NCBI GenBank assembly: GCA_905480065.1
Contig: CAJQOV010000064.1
Coordinates: 1-34,026, forward strand
Origin: an uncultured Gammaproteobacteria bacterium
GTDB lineage: Bacteria; Pseudomonadota; Gammaproteobacteria; UBA9214
Length of the DNA stretch: 34,026 bases
Direction: 5' to 3'
In this document: one piece after another, positions 19,060 to 28,300 of the stretch
Layout: every line of letters begins with the position of its first letter
How positions within the stretch are numbered: the stretch's first letter is position 1
Position numbers and translations under genes: made by a program
The notes under the pieces: generated by a model
Told to the model about the DNA's origin: nothing
The model's database searches: none
Seen by the model: only the letters and a program-made list of their open reading frames with translations

Positions 19060-21333
19060 TCAGGCGACACCGGCTTTCTGTTCGCCACCCAGCATGCGGC
19101 GAATTCTTTCCAGTGTACGTTGTACGAATGGCTGTTGTTCATGCTCCATGATCGTTGCCTTGCCCGAGGCCAGCAGTGATGCCAGTTCATGGTGTTTGAT
19201 GACCAGGGTTTTTATCCCCATGCTGTTGACGAACATGTAATTGCCGGAGATTCCGGAATACCAGGAAAGCTTGACCTGCAGTGGCGCTTGTGCGGGATCC
19301 ATGTGAATCATGAACCAGGTGCCGAAGGATGCCGTGCGCAGCGTTTCCAGGGCGGCGGCCTCGGCGGGGGTCAGGGCGATGGCACTTTCATCAGCTGTTG
19401 CGTCGACGTTTGCCTCATTCTCCGCCGCGGTAACTTGCTGCGATTGCCCGCTGTCGGGCTGAGCAGGCGCCCCGGTTGCATCTGCCGGTTGACCCGTGCT
19501 TTCCTCGAGGGGTTGTAGAGCAAGGGATACAGGTTCCGGCGCGATCGCCCTGTTTTGCAGGTGATGAATCAGTGACAACTGCGCTTTGTAGTCACTGGTG
19601 CCGTACGCAGCAAGCATGTCGAGCGCCTGTTCAATCTGTCTGCGGATCTCCGGAAGGCGCTCAATCAGTTCATTACGCTCATCTTCGGTAGTGCGCGGCT
19701 CAATACTCCAGAGGATGGTTTCGATCACCATGGTGGCAAGCTTCCAGCTCGGACTTTCGCTGGCGCCGGGTTCACGCAGGTAGATGAACATCAGTTTGTC
19801 GAGCCAGACATCACCAAGCATCTTGCGCAGTTCCGGTGGCACATGGTGTTCCGACACCAGCGACACAATTGCATTAGCTGCACAGTCGCGCGCCTGTTCA
19901 AGCTTCTCGCGGCCGGTTGCGGCCTGGCGGGTGCGTTCCTCGATGGCGGCGGCTTTGCCCTTCAGTGCGCGCAGGCTGGTGTTAAGAAACTGCAATAACT
20001 CATTGAATATATCGAGGTTAGTATCAAAATCTTCGATAATCTGCTGCACAATCCTGCGCATGCAGGGGAAGATGCCGCGATCCGGATTATTCTCGAACAC
20101 CCAGCGCGTACCTGCCTTGGCCAGCGCATTCAGCAACTTGTGTGCCGGGTGCCCTGTGTCTCTGAACAGGCTCTTGTCGGCAATAGCTATCTTCAGGTAG
20201 GGGGTATGCAACCTGCACAGTTCAGCCTTGGCAATATTGGGCAGATTTTCATCGCGCAGCATGTACTCGAACATCATGCCAACCAGGTCGATGACCTGGG
20301 TATCGGCGCTTTGCAGTCGGCGCCGGTCGATTCCCATGAACAACTGTTCCCGCTCGGTACTGATGCGCTGCAGCATTGAGTCAATCAGCCGGGCTTGCTG
20401 TTCTGCAGCCGGCAGGGTTGTATCGATTGGAATCGCTGCAGCGACGTCATGTTGTCTTTTATTCTGCAGTTGTTGCAGGGCAGACACGACTTCCAGCTGT
20501 GGCAGTGGATTGGCAGGTTCAGTTTCGGCGCCCGGGTTGTTTCTGTATGTCAGCAACTGAAGCACATTTTCGAACAGTTTGTCAGACAGTGATTGCTTGT
20601 TGCCTGCTGTATCTGCAGCAGGAACTGTCGTGCGAGACTGTTGGGCAGGGGCAGCAGTTACCGTTCCCGGGTTACGCTGCACATCGTATTTCAGGTTTGG
20701 CAGAATGCCGGCCAGGAGAAGCAGTTTGTTATATTCTTCGAGTAGCAGGCGGGTGTTTGCCAGCACAAATTTGTCAAACAGCAGGTAGATAATCAGCCTG
20801 GTTTCATGATCCAGAGTCATATCCCGGATGGCTGCATGAAAGGCATGCGCGAGACAGCTTGGTCCGCCGGGTATTGCGGACTCCTCGAGTTTCCGACCAT
20901 GATTCAGCACGGCGAGACGTTGCAGCAATGCACCAAGCGTTAGCGTGGCGCCAAGCGAGGCGCTGCTGATCATATTCTGGATGGCGACTTCAATATCTGC
21001 GTCTTCCTTGCTTTGCAGACTGAGCGGTGAATCGTTGCTGCCAGCCTGTGCCGCTATGGATCCCGGCGTCACACCAAAACCGGTAAAACTTTTGCCAACT
21101 TCACGATAAAACACGTCCTCGATTCGTGTTCGGTCTTTTTGCACGATGACCATGGCTTCCATGAAGCGAATCTGCGAGCTGCCGGTCTGGGCCTTGTCGG
21201 CGAATTCAAGGAATGCGACGTTAGTGTTGTCAAACAGTTTGCTGAGTTTGGGCTGGAGTTGTTTCAGAACCAGGCTGTGGCAATCATCCAGCAAGTTGAC
21301 AGTGCGCGTCTCATGGCTTGCTGTGGCCTGCAT
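19060..21333 (-). CDS. DUF1631 family protein
   Basis: About 757 aa, helical; IDLVGMMFEYML, RLHTPYLKIAI, HPAHKLLNALA, VKLSWYS...YMFVNSMG motifs. Start MQATAS at 21333. Confidence 0.82.
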   Translation of the reverse strand: MQATASHETRTVNLLDDCHSLVLKQLQPKLSKLFDNTNVAFLEFADKAQTGSSQIRFMEAMVIVQKDRTRIEDVFYREVGKSFTGFGVTPGSIAAQAGSNDSPLSLQSKEDADIEVAIQNMISSASLGATLTLGALLQRLAVLNHGRKLEESAIPGGPSCLAHAFHAAIRDMTLDHETRLIIYLLFDKFVLANTRLLLEEYNKLLLLAGILPNLKYDVQRNPGTVTAAPAQQSRTTVPAADTAGNKQSLSDKLFENVLQLLTYRNNPGAETEPANPLPQLEVVSALQQLQNKRQHDVAAAIPIDTTLPAAEQQARLIDSMLQRISTEREQLFMGIDRRRLQSADTQVIDLVGMMFEYMLRDENLPNIAKAELCRLHTPYLKIAIADKSLFRDTGHPAHKLLNALAKAGTRWVFENNPDRGIFPCMRRIVQQIIEDFDTNLDIFNELLQFLNTSLRALKGKAAAIEERTRQAATGREKLEQARDCAANAIVSLVSEHHVPPELRKMLGDVWLDKLMFIYLREPGASESPSWKLATMVIETILWSIEPRTTEDERNELIERLPEIRRQIEQALDMLAAYGTSDYKAQLSLIHHLQNRAIAPEPVSLALQPLEESTGQPADATGAPAQPDSGQSQQVTAAENEANVDATADESAIALTPAEAAALETLRTASFGTWFMIHMDPAQAPLQVKLSWYSGISGNYMFVNSMGIKTLVIKHHELASLLASGKATIMEHEQQPFVQRTLERIRRMLGGEQKAGVA

Positions 21334-21592
21334 TTGGAAATCCCCTGGTATATGCGCCGGGAACCGTTCGACACCCGGTTTCACAGCATCTCAATCAACA
21401 TGTCCAGCGGAAATCGGCCGCGAGCGCCAATTCTTGACCGGCTCTCAAGCCCCGTGTTGTGTCATTCGAAGCCATGTGCGGCCCCGGCAGCGCCCTGGAT
21501 AGCAGGAGTATTCACTAGTAAAAACAGACTGATATGCAATATATCTATGGGCCAGTGTGTAGTTCGGAGGATGCCCGCCGTGATCAGCAGGC

Positions 21593-21621
21593 AAAAAAAG
21601 ACCCGCCTGGGCGGGTCTTTT
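21593..21621 (-). terminator. Rho-independent (probably bidirectional) terminator after the OmpA-family gene
   Basis: AAAAAAA-GACCCGC-CTGG-GCGGGTC-TTTT, just downstream of the stop at 21638. Confidence 0.85.
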
Positions 21622-21637
21622 GCGGCGGCCAGCCAGA

Positions 21638-22333
21638 TCAGGTCAGTGGTGTAAGCACGATTTCAACCCGGCGATTCAATGCACGACCCGCGGGTGTGTC
21701 ATTGGTAGCAATGGGTTGTGATTTGCCCATGCCCTGGGTAGATATCCGCTGTGGCAGGACGCTGCGCGACTCCAGATAGCGGGCAACGCTGGTGGCACGT
21801 GCTATGGATAACTGCATGTTATGGGAGTCAGAACCGGTACTGTCCGTGTGGCCGGTTACATCGACGTAGGTTTTTTCGAACTCGTTGATGACCAGCGCGA
21901 CAGAATTCAGAATCTGATAGAAATCCGCAGAGATGTCGCTGGAGTTGGTTGCAAAGGTGATGTTGCCCGGCATGTTCAGGATGATCTTGTCGCCATCGCG
22001 GGTAACGCTGACCCCGGTATTGTTAAGCTGGGTTCGCAGCTTGTTTTCCTGCTGGTCCATGTAATAGCCGACACCACCGCCGGCGAGCGCACCTATCCCG
22101 GCCCCGAGCAGGATGTTCTTGCGGCTACCTCCGGTGACGGCAGAGATTACCGCCCCGCCAATTGCACCGATTCCGGCGCCCTTGGCGGTATTGCTGGCCT
22201 GTTCTTCACCGGTGTAGGGATTCGTAGTGCAGCCGGCCAGACCGATTACGGCCACCATGGCTGCTGCAATAATCATGTGGCTTGCTGACTTGCCACGATG
22301 CATGTCTGGCATGCCGGTAAGCTGATAAGACAT
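21638..22333 (-). CDS. OmpA-family lipoprotein with glycine zipper (YiaD-like)
   Basis: Lipobox LAGC, TTNPYTGE, GAGIGA zipper, GYYMDQQE, LNMPGNITF, GHTDSTG, NRRVEI. RBS AGGAG before ATG 22333. Confidence 0.92.
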   Translation of the reverse strand: MSYQLTGMPDMHRGKSASHMIIAAAMVAVIGLAGCTTNPYTGEEQASNTAKGAGIGAIGGAVISAVTGGSRKNILLGAGIGALAGGGVGYYMDQQENKLRTQLNNTGVSVTRDGDKIILNMPGNITFATNSSDISADFYQILNSVALVINEFEKTYVDVTGHTDSTGSDSHNMQLSIARATSVARYLESRSVLPQRISTQGMGKSQPIATNDTPAGRALNRRVEIVLTPLT

Positions 22334-22489
22334 ATTGTCTCCTGTAGGAAGCGGGGTGCGGGCTATCGATACCACGATGTAACGTTGACTGCAACGTAAT
22401 TATCCGATGAAGCAATCAGTGCTTCAACTACTTGGGGCAGGGTAGTGCCATGAAAACGGTTACTTCGCGCAGGCCTTCACCCATTCGTG

Positions 22490-22957
22490 TCAGATGGTCG
22501 CCAGCATATTGAGTTCGTGAATGATCAGGATTACGTAGAGCGGAATCAGGACATAGATCAGATAGCGTACCTGGATGTACTTGTAGATTTTGAAATTGAA
22601 ATGCATTACCAGTATCAGCAGGGCAACCCCGGTCACCGCCATTTTGACAACGGTAAAGAGACGAATGTCTTTCTGAATCAACCAGTCCATCAGAATATTT
22701 ACTTCGACCGCCCCCTTTCCCAGCAACACCGTGGTGAGAAACGCATCCGCAAAGCAAAGCAGGATGATTAACAGGGTTGCGATAAGTGACTTGCATCCAT
22801 GCCAGTCGAGGTAATTATTGATCTGGTCTTGTTTGCGCCTGAAATGTTTGCGCCTGACTTTGAACAGTGCGCCATGCAGCGTAACCCATGAGGTAGTTCG
22901 TCGATCAACAGCGCGTTGATCCTCAACAAACTCCAGCGGTGCCTTTTTTTGATACAT
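22490..22957 (-). CDS. DUF5658-like small membrane protein
   Basis: Basic N-terminus (DRR, RRKHFRR), YLDW, LLCFADAFLT, GAVEVNILM, VKMAVT, three TM segments. Confidence 0.7.
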   Translation of the reverse strand: MYQKKAPLEFVEDQRAVDRRTTSWVTLHGALFKVRRKHFRRKQDQINNYLDWHGCKSLIATLLIILLCFADAFLTTVLLGKGAVEVNILMDWLIQKDIRLFTVVKMAVTGVALLILVMHFNFKIYKYIQVRYLIYVLIPLYVILIIHELNMLATI

Positions 22958-23522
22958 TGTGCGGGTTGCTCATGTCCAATGGGCGATTACCAAATTACCA
23001 TGCAATTGTCGTTCAATAATTAATAAATATATGTATTTATAGCTATTATTTGTTAATTAGTGCGATTTACCGGTGCCGGCCCGGTCCATGCGTGGCTGAT
23101 TGTTAAATATCTCGACAGCTGAATCCTGCCCATATACTTACTATTGCACTAAATCGTGCCGAAGGCTATCCAGCCATGCACATACAAGTGTATGAATTAC
23201 TGACACTGCCTGCTGTTCCGCTGGAAATAGTCAAATATTAATACGCTTTACATGAAATTTTTATTCCCATGTAGTGAATATCAATTTATGATGTTGAATA
23301 TTACTAAAGAAATTAGTGTTTAATATTTAACAATAAGACGCTGGCCAGGCATAGAGATGTGATTCTGTATCCTCGTCTATATATACCTGTTGCCGGCGAA
23401 TGGTTATGATCCTAGACGTATGTACACAGACAGCACCAAAGCATTATTTTATATCTTCTTTTTGAGTTCGTATTTCACCGAAATACGGGCAGGGGCTTGA
23501 TCGAGTATCAACGGAGGCAACA
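22958..23522. promoter_or_regulatory. Long AT-rich divergent promoter region driving the downstream cluster
   Basis: 565 bp with no ORF in the track, visibly AT-rich against the GC-rich window, with several short inverted repeats. GGAGG RBS before 23523. Confidence 0.6.
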
Positions 23523-23918
23523 ATGGCAGACCTGTTTTCTGATGCATGGATGAAAAGCTTTATGGAGCAATGGAATGCGGAGCCTGAACTCTCGGATGCA
23601 CTTCAAAAAATCAACTTCAATTCCATTATCGCCTATGGTTTTGACGGAGAAGACACGCCAAGAGGAGTATTAACAGTGGAGAACGGCAAGGCCGTTGCCG
23701 CTGGTATTTACAATGGTGAAAAACTCAGCTGGGATTTGCGAGCCACCTTTGATAACTGGAATAAATGGCTGGAAAAACCGCCGGGCATGATGGGGCTTGG
23801 AATGGCCTACACCACACGCAAGCTGAAGTTCAACGTGGGTGACTATGGTGCAATGGTAAAGGATCCACGCATGGCCGGTCCGTTTATCAAAAGCTTTTCG
23901 GTGATGGGGCGGGCCTGA
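23523..23918 (+). CDS. SCP2 (sterol carrier protein-2) fold protein, cytoplasmic
   Basis: 131 aa; LFSDAWM...WN start, LTVENGK, LRATFDNWNKW, AYTTRKLKF.GD pattern of stand-alone SCP2 domains. No signal peptide, no Cys. Confidence 0.78.
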   Translation: MADLFSDAWMKSFMEQWNAEPELSDALQKINFNSIIAYGFDGEDTPRGVLTVENGKAVAAGIYNGEKLSWDLRATFDNWNKWLEKPPGMMGLGMAYTTRKLKFNVGDYGAMVKDPRMAGPFIKSFSVMGRA

Positions 23919-23935
23919 TTCTGAGCAGCTGTACT

Positions 23936-23971
23936 CTGCGGCGGTAAATCGTTTCCGGTTTATTGCTGCAG
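23936..23971 (+). other. 16-bp RNA hairpin downstream of the SCP2 gene
   Basis: CTGCGGCGGTAAATCG-TTTC-CGGTTTATTGCTGCAG; all four non-Watson-Crick pairs are G.U on the + strand. Confidence 0.6.
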
Positions 23972-24034
23972 CAATCCGCTGAGCAGAATTCCCGCTGATT
24001 CTGTTCACGTTACGTTAGCGGCTTGTCGGACTGA

Positions 24035-24066
24035 GACAACGCAGCGCAGTACTGCGCTGCGTTGTC
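24035..24066. repeat. Perfect 32-bp palindrome
   Basis: GACAACGCAGCGCAGT|ACTGCGCTGCGTTGTC, no spacer and no U-tract. Confidence 0.9.
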
Positions 24067-24109
24067 CCGCCGGGAAGCCCGACCGTACTTAAATGTGTGA
24101 GGATTGACA

Positions 24110-25246
24110 ATGTTAATCAGAAAAATTGCTCTTGCAGGTTTCCTGTCTGCCGCACTGAACACTGGTGCTGCCATTGCTCAGGGCCAGGGTGACGCAGTAA
24201 TTACTGTTGTCGGTGTGCCGGTTGGTGCCACGGTGAGTCTGGGTGGCACGGTAGTGCCGATCAGGGATGTTACCTTTTCCGCACAGATTCCCGGGCGTGT
24301 GGATAGTATCGCCGGTGAAGAGGGAAGCCTGTTTGAAGAAGGTGCAGAGCTGATTGCCATCAACACTGATGACCTGCTGGCAAAGCGCCGGGCTGCCTGG
24401 GCAAATCTGGCTAACGCGGAAGCGGCGCTGCGTAATGCCGGTGTGCAGTATTCCCGTGAGATGGTATCGCCATACGGTGGTGAAACCAATGACATGATGG
24501 GTGGTATGAGTTCGATCATGCGCAATTTTACCAATCCGGCGCAAGGTTTTACCGGAAGTGGATCCCCCGGCATGGACCGTCATGCGCAACTTTACCAGTA
24601 CGGCACACAGGTAGAGCAGGCGCGCGGGCAACTGGCCGCGGCTCGTGCCAGCATCGAGGAGATCGATTCCAAGTTGCGTGATGCCAAGTCGGTTGCGCCG
24701 TTCAAGGGCGTCATAACCAAAAAGCTTGTCGAGGTGGGTGACCCGGTACAACCGGGGCAACCCATGCTGAAGTATGCAGACATGTCGCAGTTGCAGATCA
24801 AGGTCGAAGTACCTGCCCGGTTGATGCCGGGAGTCAAATCGGGAATGGTTTTTCCGGCGAAACTGGATGTGGGGGATGTGAATATACAGGCACGGGTGGT
24901 GCAGATATTCCCCATTGCCGATCCTGAACGGCACACGGTTACGGTAAAACTGGAGCTGCCGCCAGGTGCGCCGGGCGGAGCTGGAATGTACGCCGAAGTC
25001 ATGATTACCGATGTAAACGCCAAGGTGCGTGAATTGCCGGTGGTGCCGAAAAATGCACTGGTTTGGCGCGGAAGTCTGCCTGGGGTTTACGTGTTGAATG
25101 ACAAGAATGAGCGGGAGTTGCGCCTGGTCAGGACTGGCGATGAAGTAGGTGGAGACGGAATTGCCGTTCTGTCCGGTCTGCGTGTAGGTGAACGGGTATT
25201 CGTAAAAGGGGTGGAATCAGGTAAAACTGACGGTTCCTGGAACTAG
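24110..25246 (+). CDS. RND periplasmic adaptor (MFP) with Met/Gly-rich hairpin insertion
   Basis: SAQIPGRV...EEG lipoyl half, APFKGVITKKLVEVGDPVQPGQPM, FPIADP..HTVTVK, GMYAEV, VLSGLRVGE. Sec signal ending AIA|Q. GAGGA RBS supports ATG 24110. Confidence 0.9.
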   Translation: MLIRKIALAGFLSAALNTGAAIAQGQGDAVITVVGVPVGATVSLGGTVVPIRDVTFSAQIPGRVDSIAGEEGSLFEEGAELIAINTDDLLAKRRAAWANLANAEAALRNAGVQYSREMVSPYGGETNDMMGGMSSIMRNFTNPAQGFTGSGSPGMDRHAQLYQYGTQVEQARGQLAAARASIEEIDSKLRDAKSVAPFKGVITKKLVEVGDPVQPGQPMLKYADMSQLQIKVEVPARLMPGVKSGMVFPAKLDVGDVNIQARVVQIFPIADPERHTVTVKLELPPGAPGGAGMYAEVMITDVNAKVRELPVVPKNALVWRGSLPGVYVLNDKNERELRLVRTGDEVGGDGIAVLSGLRVGERVFVKGVESGKTDGSWN

Positions 25247-25399
25247 TGGCTGACATCAGGCTGCCCGGAACATGCCAGCAAAACTTTGGCTGCTGATAAA
25301 TAAAACATTATTCGAAGGTCTAAGCAACCACCCCGGCATCTGCGCAATATCAGGTGACAGGGGTGTTGACCTGGTCAAGCAAGAAGGCGGGGTTTACGT

Positions 25400-28300
25400 A
25401 TGACTGAGCAGGAAAAGAAATTTTCAACACCGGCAAACTACGAAGCTCACTCGCTCGGTATCGCTGGCAGAACAGCACGTCTGTTCATTACCTCGCCGGT
25501 AACACCCATGATTCTGATTGTCTCGTTACTGGTGGGCTTGATTGGTCTGTTCTTTACCCCGCGCCAGGAAGATCCGCAAATCTCGGTCCCGATGATCGAT
25601 GTTTTTGTCCAGTATACCGGCGCCTCTGCTGAACAGGTTTCCAGCCTTGTAACCGAGCCACTGGAAAGACTGCTGCAGGAAATTCCCGGTATACGCCACA
25701 CCTATACGGCAACCGAGCGCGGCAGGGCGATGATTACCGTGCGCTTCAAGGTCGGCGAGGACATGGGTCAGTCCATCGTGAAAGTGCGTGACAAGATACT
25801 TTCCAGCATGGACAAGATTCCGCCCAATGTCTCGCCGCCACTGATCAAGCCGGTCGGAATCGATGATGTGCCGATTGTCACCCTGACCTTGTGGTCAGAA
25901 GACGTCGATGACGGGGCATTGCGATTCCTGGCCCTGGACATGTTGCAAAATATTGGCGAAGTGGATGGTGTCGGCAAAGGGTTCATTGTCGGCGGACGAG
26001 AGGACCAGGTGCGTGTTGAAGTATTGCCGGAGCGTCTTTCCGGTTTCGGAATAAGCCTGCAGCAGGTTGCACAAACCATCAATACCGCCAATTCGGAGCA
26101 AACTGCAGGAGATGTTGAATCCGGGGGCTTGTCGTTTTCTGTACGTACCGGGTCATTCCTGACCAATGCAAAGGAAATCGGAAGACTGGTGATCGGTATC
26201 CGTAATGGATCACCGGTATATGTACGGGACGTGGCGCATGTGTCCCAGGAACCGGCCGAACCAAGTCAGATGGCGGCATTTTACACTGGCCCTGCATACG
26301 AAGGTGAAACCGGGCCGGCGCAAGGGTTCCCGGCAGTAACCGTCGCCATAGCGAAAAAGGAAGGGACCAACGGCGTAACGATATCGCAAAAGATTCTGAA
26401 AAAGGTCGAGGCACTGAAAGGTGACCTGATACCGGCCAACGTGCATGTCACGATAACACGTGATTACGGCAAGTCTGCCAATGACAAGGTCAACGAACTG
26501 CTTAAGGCAATGGCTGAGGCAGCCATCATCGTTTCAGTGTTATGCCTGATCGGGCTCGGTGTGCGCGCCGCCATCGTGGTTATCGCCGTGATTCCGGTCG
26601 TTATCCTGCTCACCATCTGGTGGGCGATGATGGTCGACTACACCATCGACCGCGTTAGCTTGTTCGCGCTTTTTTTCTCGATCGGCATCCTGGTCGATGA
26701 TGCGACCGTTGTTGTGGAGAATATATTCCGGCACTGGCTCGAAAAAGGCAGAACCAGTGTCGCCGTTGCCATTGATGCGGTACGCGAGGTAGGTAACCCG
26801 ACCATCCTGGCCACGTTCACCATTATTGCCGCGCTGTTACCGATGGGCTGGGTAAGCGGGTTGATGGGCCCGTATATGCGTCCGATTCCTGTGCTTGGCG
26901 CATCGGCCATGTTCTTCTCCCTCGTTGCCGCCTTCATCTTCACACCCTGGATGGCAGTCAAGGTGGCGCCACGACAGGCGTCCCTGAGAAAGGCAGAAGA
27001 AAAGGAAAAGAAGGCGCATCAGCGGATCAGTAGACTCTATCGTCCGATCATCATGCCGCTGATCAATAATCGCAAGCTGGGACTGTTGTTTCTGTTCAGT
27101 ATTATCGGCGCCACTGCGGCGCTTTGCTTAACGTTCTACACCCAGACTGTTGCGGTCAAAATGCTCCCGTTCGATAACAAGCCGGAATTCTCGGTTATCG
27201 TGAATATGCCGGAAGGTACCGCCATGCCGGATACGGCCAATGTCGTCATGGCTCTTGCAGAAGCGGTGCGCAAGATCCCGGAAGTAACCGCTGTAACTAC
27301 CTATGCCGGCACAGCACAGCCTTTCAATTTCAATGGCATGGTGCGCCACTATTATCTGCGTCAGCGCCCTTGGGAAGGTGATTTGCTGGTCATGCTCAAG
27401 GACAAGAAGCATCGCAAACGCGGCAGCCATGAAATAGCAGTTGACGCACGTGCAATTCTCAAGCCGGTCGCGGACAGCATGGGCGCCAGAATTGCCGTGG
27501 TGGAAATGCCGCCAGGGCCGCCGGTTCTGCAGACCGTGGTGGCTGAAGTCTATGGGCCAAATGATGAAACCCGTCGGCAGGTTGCCAGGGATATGACTGC
27601 GATCTTCAACAGTGTTGAAGGTGTCGTAGACGTCGACAATTACATGGCTGAGCCATACGAGTACTGGCGTTTTGATGTCGACACGGAAAAAGCAGTGCGC
27701 CGTGGAATCTCGGTAGATACCATCAACGGCAGCCTGGCTATGGCCATGGGTAGCTACAAGCTGGGCGATATCAAGCGTGGTACCGTGCTGGAACCGACTT
27801 ATATTGTAATGCAGATCCCGCTCGCTATTCGTTCACAGGTGACCCGTCTGGGTGATTTGCCAATACCTTCCAGTGATGGCCATACCTTGCCGTTATCAGA
27901 GCTCGGTGAATTCAAGAAGGGCTATGAAGATCCGATCAAGTACACCATCGACCTGAAGCCGATTGAATATGTTGTAGCAGAAATGGAGGGGCGGCTTGGT
28001 GCACCCATCTACGGCATGCTTGATATCGAGGACAAGCTGAAAGAGTACAAGACACCCGACGGTGTATTTATGGAAACCATGCCGAAGACCATTCTCGGCA
28101 AGCCGGGTGACTGGACCTTTATCGGCGAACGTGCTGATCCAGGCTTGCAATCCGGCTACGAATGGACCGGCGAGTGGACCGTTACCTATGAAACCTTCCG
28201 CGACATGGGCGGTGCATTCATGGCGGCCCTGATTCTGATCTATGGTCTTATCGTGTGGGAGTTCAAGAATTTTGCACTGGCAGGCCTCATCATGTCGCCG

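Noticed and set aside
23497-23511. TTGAT-N5-ATCAA before the SCP2 gene, and TTGAC-N3-GTCAA near 25366
   Set aside because: Spacer is not 4 nt, so these are not canonical FNR sites; they may be small RNA hairpins near the RBS.
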